A stretch of DNA of 64,000 nt, from NCBI GenBank assembly GCA_963719515.1, contig CAVRCJ010000001.1:310942-374941 (forward strand). The letters run 5' to 3'. The DNA is from an uncultured cyanobacterium. Lineage in GTDB: Bacteria; Cyanobacteriota; Cyanobacteriia; CAKZMO01. Of the stretch, positions 38,901-47,049 are shown in pieces. The position numbers and the translations under genes are program-made. The notes under the pieces are model-generated. The model saw nothing but the letters and a program-made list of their open reading frames with translations. It did no database searches and was not told where the DNA came from. How positions within the stretch are numbered: the stretch's first letter is position 1; each line of letters begins with the position of its first letter.

Positions 38901-41659
38901 ACATCGGCTCAATCCACAACAGTCTTGGGCGCTACTCGCTAGCGCTGGAGACTTTTGAGCAGGCGCTGGCCATTCAACAAGATATCGGCGATCGCGATCG
39001 GGAAGCCACGACCCTCAACAATATTGGTGGCGTCTACCAAAACCTAGCGCAGTACGAAAAGGCACTAGATTTCTATCAGCAGGCCCTTACCATTACCCAG
39101 GAACTTGAGGATCGCGCCGGGGAGGGCGACATCCTCAACAATATAGGTTTTGCTTATAAAAGCTTGGGACAGTATCAGCAAGCGCTGAATCTTTACGAGA
39201 AATCCCTAGCCATTCGCCGAGAAATTGGCGATCGGGTTGGGGAGGGAGTCAACATGGGCAATATTAGCTTAGTCTACTTCGATTTAGGACAGCCTCAGCT
39301 GGCTCTGAAGACCTCCCAGGAAGCCTTAACCATCCTTCGAGACATCGGCGCTCGTGCCGAGGAGGGAAGTGCTATCAATATTCTTGGTGGGCTTTATGAC
39401 AGCTTGGGACAGTATCAGCAGGCGCTGGAGCTCTACGAGCAGTCCCTAGCCATTCGCCAAGAAATTGGCGATCGCCTTGGCGAAGGAATTACCCTCAACA
39501 ATATTGGCGTGACCTATGGCCAGCTAGGGCAGTATCAGCTTGCACTGGAGACCGCTCAGCGAGCCTTAGCCATCTCCCAAGATATCGGTGCTCGCGCTGA
39601 GGAAGCAAATACCCTGACTAACATCGGCGTGCTGTATGCCGATCTTGAACAATATCAGCGCGCCTCAGAGTTCTATCAGCAGGCTCTGGCCATCCGGCAG
39701 GAGATTGGCGACCAGGCAGGGGTAGGCCACACGCTCCACAACATCGGCGCAAACTACCGTGAACTAGGGCAGTATTCTCAAGCGCTAGCGTTTCATCAAC
39801 AGGCCGTCGCCATTGGTCAAGACATTGGTAATCAGGCCGTAGTAGGCTCTGCCCTCAACGGAGTAGGCCTAGCCTACGAGAAGCTCGCTCAATACGAAGA
39901 AGCGGTAGCGGCCTATCAGCAAGCTTTAGCTATTCGCCAAGAAGTGGGCGATCGCGCTGGAATAGGACAAACCTTAGGTGATATGGGCTCTGCACTCAGC
40001 GCTCTAGATCAGCCTGAACTCGCCATTCTCTTCCTCAAGCAGTCGGTGAATCAGTACGAAGCCATCCGCGATGACATTCGTGGCCTCAGCGACGAGCAGC
40101 AGCAGTCCTATACTGATACGGTTGAAGAAACCTACCGCGAACTCGCCGATCTGCTGCTGCAGGAAAACCGTATCCTCGAAGCCCAGCGCGTTTTGGACCT
40201 GCTAAAAGTCCAAGAACTCGACGACTACCTAGAAAACGTCCGTAGCACTCCCGAAACTCGTCAAGGTGTCGAGACGCTGCCTCCAGAAAACGAACTTCTC
40301 GAAGAATACAATGCCCGTCTCGCCCGAGCCGTTGAGCTGGGCAAACAGCTCCAGGCTATCCCCAACGACCTCACCCAGCGCACCCCTGAGCAAGAGCAGC
40401 AGCGCCGCGACATCGAAGACGAGCAAAAGGCGATTCTCAGAGAATTTCTCGACTTCATCGACACACCTCAGGTCCAAGACCTCGTCGCCCAGCTGCGGCA
40501 AACCACCGAAGGAGGAAATCTAGAACCTGCCCTGCTCCGCAGCCTCCAAGACGACCTACTAGAGCTAGGGGAAGACGCCGCCCTCATCTATCCTCTCGTC
40601 CTTGAAGATCGACTAGAGCTAGTGCTCGTCACACCTTATGCCCCGCCCATCAGTCGCCCCGTCGGCGTCGGCAAGGCCGAGTTAAATGAAGCCATCTTGG
40701 CCTACCGCCAAGCCTTGGATAACCCCACGAGTAATCCTGAACCGCTGGCTCAACAGCTCTACGACTGGCTCATCCGTCCACTAGATGCTGCCCTGCAAGA
40801 AGCCGATACCCAAACCCTGATTTACGCCCCCGACGGGCAACTACGCTATATCCCGCTGGCCGCCCTTCATGACGGGGAGCAGTGGCTCGCCGAGCGATAC
40901 CGCGTCAACCACATCACCGCCCTAAGCCTCGCCGACTGGGATGACGCCTCTCAAGCCCCAAAAATTCTCGCTGGAGCCTTTGGGTCGCAGGGGCAAAGCG
41001 TTGAGGTTACGGGCGATCGCCTCACGTTTGACGGCTTGCCGTTCACTATCGACGAGGTTCAAACCCTAGCCGACAGCATCGATAACACCACCACCCTACT
41101 CGACGCCAACTTCACCCTCGATGAAACCGAAGCGCGCATGAGCGACTATTCCATTTTGCACCTAGCAACCCACGCCGCTTTCGTCATTGGTGACCCTAGC
41201 GAGTCCTTCATTCTGTTTGGCAACGGCGATCGCGCCACCTTCCGCGATGTTGAGCTATGGCCCCTGAACAACACCGACTTAGTAGTGCTGAGCGCCTGTG
41301 AGACAGGAGTAGGCGGTATTCGCGATGGCGATGGACGAGAGATCTTAGGCTTCGGTTACCTGATGCAGGAAGCCGGGGCCAAAGCGGCAATCGCCTCCCT
41401 CTGGCAGGTAAGCGACGGCGGCACCCAAACCCTAATGAACGCCTTTTACACCGCGTTGAACAACGGCTACAGCAAAGCCGAAGCCCTACAGCGATCGCAG
41501 CAGGCCCTAATCACTGGCGACGAAGCCGTCGTTGCAGGAGAGCGCAGCGCTGACGTCGAAGTCCTTGATGGGCGCACCGGAACGCCCCTAGCGGCCAGCG
41601 GAGACTTGAGCCATCCTTATTACTGGGCACCATTCATCCTGATTGGCAACGGGCTATAG
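35939..41659 (+). CDS. Giant secreted TPR-CHAT protease (~1900 aa)
   Basis: MRFSVLWLG signal peptide, roughly 30 TPRs, HLATHA, LSACETG, HPYYWAPF. Confidence 0.92.
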   Translation: MRFSVLWLGLTVLMVEGAIAPRVLAQSEGSAPSVQTEGEASLEISEAEALLAEGDRLFYQGRLLEALETLEQARNLYQERGDALGEANALVSLSLVQGWLSEYEEGRSLVQAALDIYQSLESDAETQLAEARALHRLAVTQYGLDERETALETLARSRSLFRELGASVDEGIALLDTGAISIREGEPEDGLEPLNEGLALLNNTSADAEAGSIAELRREYYKALGLAWIGRGYGLLEQPNEALEAIAASLTISRSIDARLVENSALLSKGLIYENQQEFDLAEEAYKQALTVLQPIGSMISEGNVWNRLGNLYKQQEQYDEALAAYQQALSLFQQAENLEEIGSAWYFIATVHQSLEQFDEAIAAYQKSIDIFTASDELGLSGIVLQALGTLYQIQERYEEALATYQQALPILQEAEEQEQEGWTWYWIAQNYTLQNQQEEAIEAYQRSLTIFTELEQPRTQATMLKLMGDTYQNQGQFEPAIEAYEQALAIRREVGDQPEEAVTLNSIGLVRDSQERYDQALDAYEQALAIVRGMDERSGEDIILSNVGSIYEDQGRYDEALETYEQVLDIRREAGDRAGECTTLNTIGLIYDDLDQYLQALETHQQALIVCREVGDRATESSVLGNIGIVYRALGRYESVLDVFQQALIIKRELGDRAGEGLVLNHIGLTHSDLGQYLQALEAYEQSLAIRRELGDRAGESAVLNNIGAIYKAQSRYELALELYEQSLAIDREIGDRIGESTTLANIGVVHNVQGRYELALELTQQALAIKREVKDRAGQGAVLDNIGSVYNSLGQYELALEFYQQALEIRREVSARLGESITLSSIGQVYINTGQYQQALDTFQQALDISQQLGSPAQEGAILNDIGIVYDRLGRYQPALETYEQALAINREIGNRAGEGTTLNNIGLTYGNLGQYQVALDLFQQSLAIKQEIGDRPGEGTTFNNLAGIYGGLGQYQLSLETYEQALAILRDVGDRAGEGNILNNIGSIHNSLGRYSLALETFEQALAIQQDIGDRDREATTLNNIGGVYQNLAQYEKALDFYQQALTITQELEDRAGEGDILNNIGFAYKSLGQYQQALNLYEKSLAIRREIGDRVGEGVNMGNISLVYFDLGQPQLALKTSQEALTILRDIGARAEEGSAINILGGLYDSLGQYQQALELYEQSLAIRQEIGDRLGEGITLNNIGVTYGQLGQYQLALETAQRALAISQDIGARAEEANTLTNIGVLYADLEQYQRASEFYQQALAIRQEIGDQAGVGHTLHNIGANYRELGQYSQALAFHQQAVAIGQDIGNQAVVGSALNGVGLAYEKLAQYEEAVAAYQQALAIRQEVGDRAGIGQTLGDMGSALSALDQPELAILFLKQSVNQYEAIRDDIRGLSDEQQQSYTDTVEETYRELADLLLQENRILEAQRVLDLLKVQELDDYLENVRSTPETRQGVETLPPENELLEEYNARLARAVELGKQLQAIPNDLTQRTPEQEQQRRDIEDEQKAILREFLDFIDTPQVQDLVAQLRQTTEGGNLEPALLRSLQDDLLELGEDAALIYPLVLEDRLELVLVTPYAPPISRPVGVGKAELNEAILAYRQALDNPTSNPEPLAQQLYDWLIRPLDAALQEADTQTLIYAPDGQLRYIPLAALHDGEQWLAERYRVNHITALSLADWDDASQAPKILAGAFGSQGQSVEVTGDRLTFDGLPFTIDEVQTLADSIDNTTTLLDANFTLDETEARMSDYSILHLATHAAFVIGDPSESFILFGNGDRATFRDVELWPLNNTDLVVLSACETGVGGIRDGDGREILGFGYLMQEAGAKAAIASLWQVSDGGTQTLMNAFYTALNNGYSKAEALQRSQQALITGDEAVVAGERSADVEVLDGRTGTPLAASGDLSHPYYWAPFILIGNGL

Positions 41660-41666
41660 TCACAAG

Positions 41667-43086
41667 CAGCAATTCTCAGTTTGGCGAAAGGGTAGCGATG
41701 GTTGAGGGATTAGGAGTAGTGTGATGACATCGAGACGCAGCTGAGCGTGACGCTGATTGAAGCAACCAGGCAAATTTGACGCCATCGTAAGCTACTTCCG
41801 CCAAGTGCTGGCAACGCTACCGGACCAGCGCAGGGGGAGCAATAGTCGATATGGGATGGAAGATGCAGCGCTGAGCGCGTTCAGCGTGTTCTTCACTCAG
41901 ACGCCATCGTTTCTAGCGTATCAGCGGGCAATGGAGGGGAACAAGGGCAGTAGTAATGCTCAAAGCCTGTTCGGGGTGCATCAGATACCGAGCGACAACC
42001 AGGTTCGCAGCTTGCTCGATGGGGTGAGTCCGAGCTGCCTTTTGGCGGTGTTTGAGCACATCATAGCGGTGCTAGAGGAGAGCGGGCATCTAGAGGGGAT
42101 GCGCTCGGTGGGCGGGACGGTGCTGATAGCGCTAGACGGCACGGAGTATTTCAGCTCCAAGAAGATCCACTGCCCAGCATGCTCAACGCGAGCGCTCAAG
42201 AATGGGCAGACCCACTACTTCCACAGCGTAGTGACGCCAGTGGTAGTTTGCCCTGGGCGCAGCGAGGTGCTGCCGCTGATGCCAGAGTTTGTGGTGCCGC
42301 AGGATGGTCATGACAAGCAAGACTGCGAGAGTGCAGCAGCAAAGCGCTGGCTGCTGGGTCATGGCGCACGCTACAGCGCCTGGAATACAACGCTGCTGGG
42401 CGATGACCTCTATTGCCGCCAGCCCCTAGTCAAGCTACTGCAAGAGCAACAGTTCAACTTCATCTTCACCTGCCGCCCTGAGTCTCACACCACGCTCTAC
42501 GAGCATCTAGAGGGTATCGAGATACCGACAGTCGTCACCCAGCGCTGGACCGGCAAGATGCAGGAGACTTACACCTACCGCTACCTCAATGGGGTGCCGC
42601 TGATTGACCACAAGGACGCCCTGAGCGTCAACTGGTGTGAGCTGACGGTGACTCGCCCTGACGGCCAGGTCCTCTACAAGAACGCTTTTGCCACCAATCA
42701 CGCCATTACTGACGGCACCGTCGCTGAGCTAGTGCAGGCCGCTCGCTCCCGCTGGAAGATTGAGAACGAGAACAACAACACGCTCAAAACCAAGGGCTAC
42801 AACCTAGAGCACAACTTCGGCCACGGCCAGCAGCATCTGGCCTCCTTCTTGTTGACCCTCAATGTCCTAGCGCTACTATTCCACACCCTGCTGGAGTTGC
42901 TCGATACTAAGTACAAGTTGCTCAGGACGCATCTAAGCGCCCGTAAGACCTTTTTTGATGACTTGCGGGCACTGACCCGCTACATGTATTTCGACAGTTG
43001 GGACCATCTACTCACCTTCATGCTCGACGGTCTAGAGCTAGAGATACCGCCCGACACCAGCTGATTTCCTAAACTGAGAATTGCTG
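41667..43086 (+). mobile_element. Insertion sequence (ISNCY-like)
   Basis: 16-bp perfect IRs CAGCAATTCTCAGTTT; 9-bp target duplication AGTCACAAG at 41658-41666 and 43087-43095. Confidence 0.93.
41757..43064 (+). CDS. DDE transposase (ISNCY-like)
   Basis: IALDGTEYFSS, KQDCE, LGDDLY, RSRWKIENE, GYNLEHNFGHG. Confidence 0.88.
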   Translation: MKQPGKFDAIVSYFRQVLATLPDQRRGSNSRYGMEDAALSAFSVFFTQTPSFLAYQRAMEGNKGSSNAQSLFGVHQIPSDNQVRSLLDGVSPSCLLAVFEHIIAVLEESGHLEGMRSVGGTVLIALDGTEYFSSKKIHCPACSTRALKNGQTHYFHSVVTPVVVCPGRSEVLPLMPEFVVPQDGHDKQDCESAAAKRWLLGHGARYSAWNTTLLGDDLYCRQPLVKLLQEQQFNFIFTCRPESHTTLYEHLEGIEIPTVVTQRWTGKMQETYTYRYLNGVPLIDHKDALSVNWCELTVTRPDGQVLYKNAFATNHAITDGTVAELVQAARSRWKIENENNNTLKTKGYNLEHNFGHGQQHLASFLLTLNVLALLFHTLLELLDTKYKLLRTHLSARKTFFDDLRALTRYMYFDSWDHLLTFMLDGLELEIPPDTS

Positions 43087-43114
43087 AGTCACAAGATAGG
43101 TCTAAAGTCAGGCG

Positions 43115-43171
43115 GTAGGGACATGGCACTGCCATGTCCTTACAAAAGGCATACCCCAAATCAGCAACGCC
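43115..43171. repeat. REP-like dispersed repeat, copy 2
   Basis: GTAGGGACATGGCACTGCCATGTCCTTAC hairpin plus a tail matching the reverse complement of 13151-13201. Confidence 0.8.
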
Positions 43172-43179
43172 CTAAGTAA

Positions 43180-43209
43180 AGAGGCCCAGGGGCATATCCC
43201 TGGACCTCT
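43180..43209. terminator. Stem-loop downstream of the peroxidase gene
   Basis: AGAGGCCCAGGG...CCCTGGACCTCT. Confidence 0.5.
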
Positions 43210-43233
43210 TCTCAACACAGCGGAGAGCACACC

Positions 43234-46104
43234 TTAGACAAATACAAAGCTGTTGCGAATCGCAGTGGCGTTATCCGTCACGTTATCCAAGATAGCAATC
43301 AGCTCCACCTGGTTTGTCGCATCATCGCGATAGAGCAGCTGCGCATCAGCTGTACCGACCCCTATCGAAAACAGCTCGATTTCGTAGTTTGAGCCATTGC
43401 CCTGCAGCTGAATCTCATCTTGACCCGGCTGGAAGTCGGTGATCTCCGCGAAGTCTTGGAAGCCAAAATTAGAGGGATGGCCGTCCAGGTAGTAAATCGC
43501 CTCGATATCGCCCAAAATAAAGCGATCGCTGCCTGCCCCTCCGGTCAATACGTCGTGCTGACCGACGCCAGCAGAGCGGGCATTCGCGCCGTTGAGAATG
43601 TCGTTGCCGCTACCCCCCAGGAGCGTGTCGCTGCCCCCGTCGCCTCGAAGGATGTCGTTGCCGGTGCTGCCATAGAGGCGATCGCCTTGGCTACCGCCAA
43701 ACAGGGTGTCGTTACCGCTACTGCCGATGAGGGTGTCTTCGCCGGCAAAGCCGACGATAAAGTCGTCTCCGCCGTTGCCAAAGATCAGGTCCTCGCCCAA
43801 GCCACCGTCTAGCCGCTCGTCTGCCTCGCTGCCCGAGTTCGTCAGCGAGAAGGCGTTGTCTTGAATGATGGTGGTGTTGGTGTTGCGGCGGATGATATCC
43901 GACAGGCTCACATCTTGGATGGCCTCCACCTCTTCGGGGAGCAGGGTATTTTCGAAGTAGAAGCGATCGCCATTCCGCAGCCGCAAAAACTGATCTTGCA
44001 AAATCACGCCCACCGTTTCGCCGACGCTACTGCCTGGCTCTAAATCTTCGGCCAGCAGTCCGACAAAGGCGTCGATGTCGTTGACGCTGCCGTAGATCTC
44101 CTGCAAGGTCTGCTGAATCTCAGGGCTAGTACTGATTTGGGAGAAGCTTGTAACCCGCGCCAGCCCGAAGGACTCGCGCACCGTATTGTAGTCGGCAACG
44201 CCGTTCAGCCGTCCCCGCTCAATGTTGATGGCGGCGAGGTCGCGTGCTGGGGAGTTGGGGCCTTCTCCAAACAGGAGGCTGCGCACGTCTTCAATCACCA
44301 GGTTGTCCACCCGCTGACTCTGGGAAGACGCGACGCCTCGCAAAAAGCCGTCGATGCCTTCCTCCTGCAGCAGCCCAACGCCGGGGAAGAAGATCTCGCT
44401 CAGTCGGCGATCGCTCCCACTGGGAGTACCGTCGACGTTGAGCTGCGGCACAACGGAGCTGAGCTGGGTGTGCCCTAGGCGGAACGCGGCGACCGAAAAG
44501 ACCCGTTGAATAGAGGGATTAACTAACGAGTTATATCCGGTGTAGTCCGGCAGCGCCTCGCCCAGCAGCGTCGGTAGGTATTCGTTGAAGGTGATGTTCT
44601 GCATCTGGGCGATGTTGATCTGGCGGGCGCGCTGGAATAGCTGTTCATCCGTCCAGTCCGCGTGGGTTTGTGCGAGCCTGCCAGCAATCTGATTGTGCTC
44701 GCGGACGAACAGCGTGTGCAGGGAGGTGAGCACCGAGTTTTCGTTAGCCCGCTCGTCTCCAGCAAGGAACTGGGGACGACCCTCGAAGGAAATCGGGAGC
44801 AGGTTGCCGCTGCTGGTGCGCAGTCGTCCGCCGCCAAAGGACCGTAGCTCCGTGAGCTGGGCCTCGTCAGAGCCATAAACGTTAGAGCCGTCTACGAAGT
44901 GGGTGATGGCATTGGGCAGCTGTCGGGGGTTGTTGGGGCTGGTGCCCGTTCCTTCTACAAATTGGCTTTCCCGCAGGCTGATGACGTTGCTGGGGCTGAG
45001 AGCCGGGTCGTCCGCTGGAATCTCAATCTCCACAATTAGCCCTTCGGCTTCGGCCTCTTCCTCCGGAACGTCGCGGTTGAGGGTGATGTCGTGGTCCAAG
45101 AACTGCCCCCAGCCCCAGATCAAATTGGTCAGGCCGCGCGGCTCAGGAACCACGCCCTCCTGCTGAGAGATGGCGTTGCTGATCACACGGGGGTTGGGCC
45201 GGTCTTGACCAGCGGGGGTGGAGAAGCCGTTGCCGTAGTCGAGGGGAACGGTGTCGAGGAGTGGTGACCCCGCCGAACCCAGCGCCGGGTTCAAAATGTT
45301 GTTGCCAAAGCCGTCGGTGGGGCTGTTGAGGTCAGCGGGCGTAAAGCCAGCGCTGTAAGGGTCAAACCCGATCAGGGGATCGCCGGGTGTGTTGGGGCGA
45401 ACCGATTGGACGCTGAGGGTGTAGTTTCCCGTTACGTCAGCGCCGAAGGAGGTGGCCTGGACAATGTAGTTGCGGCCTGGAGTGGCAATGAAAGAAAGCG
45501 AGGCATCGAGGTTGGGGCCGCTGTCGTCGTCTTGGGCCAGCAGCGCCCCTGTGTCTGCGTCGACAAGCTGTAAGAAGGTGTCAAAGCTGCCGGCGGCGTC
45601 GATAGTCACAACTTCCCCTGGCTGTGTGCTCAAGAGGTAGCCGTCGTAGAACCGACCGTTGCGGTTGGGGTTGGAAAAGTCGCCGGAGCTAAGGCTGCCG
45701 CCGATCACCTGGTTGCTGGAGAGCGGGCTTGCCGGGGTAAGCAGACCGTCGTCGGTGGAGAGAGTATAGCTGCCGGTGTCGCCTACGGCGAAGGTGGTGG
45801 TTCGAACGATGTAGTCGATATTTGGCTGAGCGGTGAATGAAAGCTGGGAGTTGAGGCTGCCGTTGCTGTCATCGTTGAATGAAATAACTTCGCCAGTATC
45901 GGCGTTAATGAGCTGCAAAAAGGCGTCAATTTCATTAGAGGCAAGGTCAACGGTAACCTCGCTTCCTGGTGCGATGCTCTGCAGGTAAAAGTCATCGGAA
46001 AAGCGACCGTTTCGGGTCAGATTATTCGGGTCGAATTCCTCTAACAATCCAGTCCAGTTTTGCAATAGAAAAGATGAGCTTATCGGGTTGAAGTTGCCTT
46101 CCAT
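43234..46104 (-). CDS. Animal-type heme peroxidase (peroxidase-cyclooxygenase family) with two N-terminal PPC-like domains and C-terminal RTX Ca-binding repeats
   Basis: WGQFLDHDI, AGDERANEN, AAFRLGH, LRNGDRFYFEN; GGxGxDxL nonapeptides; DAFLQL...NDDS repeats. Confidence 0.9.
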   Translation of the reverse strand: MEGNFNPISSSFLLQNWTGLLEEFDPNNLTRNGRFSDDFYLQSIAPGSEVTVDLASNEIDAFLQLINADTGEVISFNDDSNGSLNSQLSFTAQPNIDYIVRTTTFAVGDTGSYTLSTDDGLLTPASPLSSNQVIGGSLSSGDFSNPNRNGRFYDGYLLSTQPGEVVTIDAAGSFDTFLQLVDADTGALLAQDDDSGPNLDASLSFIATPGRNYIVQATSFGADVTGNYTLSVQSVRPNTPGDPLIGFDPYSAGFTPADLNSPTDGFGNNILNPALGSAGSPLLDTVPLDYGNGFSTPAGQDRPNPRVISNAISQQEGVVPEPRGLTNLIWGWGQFLDHDITLNRDVPEEEAEAEGLIVEIEIPADDPALSPSNVISLRESQFVEGTGTSPNNPRQLPNAITHFVDGSNVYGSDEAQLTELRSFGGGRLRTSSGNLLPISFEGRPQFLAGDERANENSVLTSLHTLFVREHNQIAGRLAQTHADWTDEQLFQRARQINIAQMQNITFNEYLPTLLGEALPDYTGYNSLVNPSIQRVFSVAAFRLGHTQLSSVVPQLNVDGTPSGSDRRLSEIFFPGVGLLQEEGIDGFLRGVASSQSQRVDNLVIEDVRSLLFGEGPNSPARDLAAINIERGRLNGVADYNTVRESFGLARVTSFSQISTSPEIQQTLQEIYGSVNDIDAFVGLLAEDLEPGSSVGETVGVILQDQFLRLRNGDRFYFENTLLPEEVEAIQDVSLSDIIRRNTNTTIIQDNAFSLTNSGSEADERLDGGLGEDLIFGNGGDDFIVGFAGEDTLIGSSGNDTLFGGSQGDRLYGSTGNDILRGDGGSDTLLGGSGNDILNGANARSAGVGQHDVLTGGAGSDRFILGDIEAIYYLDGHPSNFGFQDFAEITDFQPGQDEIQLQGNGSNYEIELFSIGVGTADAQLLYRDDATNQVELIAILDNVTDNATAIRNSFVFV

Positions 46105-46218
46105 GGCGCTGTGTTCCTCACACGTTTGAAGTCTGAAAATAGATGACGGTATTCGTCGGGCGATCGCTTACGGTGGTGATGGGCTGGTTCCGTAGGGGCG
46201 ATCGCCTTGTGTCATCAC

Positions 46219-46245
46219 GTACCTCTAGCAGCGCAAGGGGTATGG
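46219..46245 (-). promoter_or_regulatory. Island motif copy CCATACCC-N11-AGAGGTAC
   Basis: Upstream of the peroxidase gene. Confidence 0.65.
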
Positions 46246-46276
46246 ATTTTCTTTTGCGAAAGGGCGAGGTGATGCG

Positions 46277-46599
46277 CGGGTGGAGTACCCGCTTACTGTG
46301 AGCAACTGGTTGAAGGGCAGCTTCAGCTACTACTTTGAAGCCAGCAATTTTCTGATTGTTGAGGCTGAGCGGGAGAACCTATACAGCGGGTTTACCCAGC
46401 TTGGTGCGGACTGCTGGCTTTAGATCAGTGGATTGAGAGCGATGTGCCGATGCTTTATGGGGCGGTTAGCGTAAGGCAGATTTGGCAGTTTGACTTGCTG
46501 TACTGGGGGGAGAAACACTTAATCCTTCATCGAGTTCCACAGGAACTAGAGCCGATGATCCGAATGTTGGTTGGTGTTATTTCAGGTGTGTCGAGGTAA
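46277..46599 (+). pseudogene. Truncated, frameshifted paralog of 57890-58510
   Basis: RVEYPLTV...LIVEAERE...FTQLGA / LLALDQW...LYGAVS..IWQF...HRVPQELE, with a frame break near 46410. Confidence 0.75.
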
Positions 46600-47049
46600 G
46601 AGGGCTGATGAGATGGCGAGGATAGATGATTGGCCAGCAGCATCGATTAAGTCTTGGAGTTACTGCTAGGCTTTGTTAACTGAAATTGTAATTTTCTCTG
46701 TCGCAGAAATAGATGACTTCCTGTAAGTAGATACTAATCAATTAGGCTCAATTGGCAGTCAAGCGCGTAAAAAATGCTTGAGCGTAGTCAAGGCCATAGG
46801 TCTCTTTTATAAAGAAATTGTTGCAAATTAGCTATGCTGTTCCCTCTGTACAGTTTGATTAGAAGTAAGCGGATAGGCTTGAGAAATTGTAGTTAGATCG
46901 TAAAATGCAAACTATATCAGCACGTTTCCTTAACTAGGCTCTCAGAACCGTCTTTACAAAATCTAACTTGCGTAGGTTAATTTGCACTGCAGGTTAACTT
47001 GTACTAATCTGCTTATTTAGTCTTAGTTACTCTCACCGATCTTCAAATC

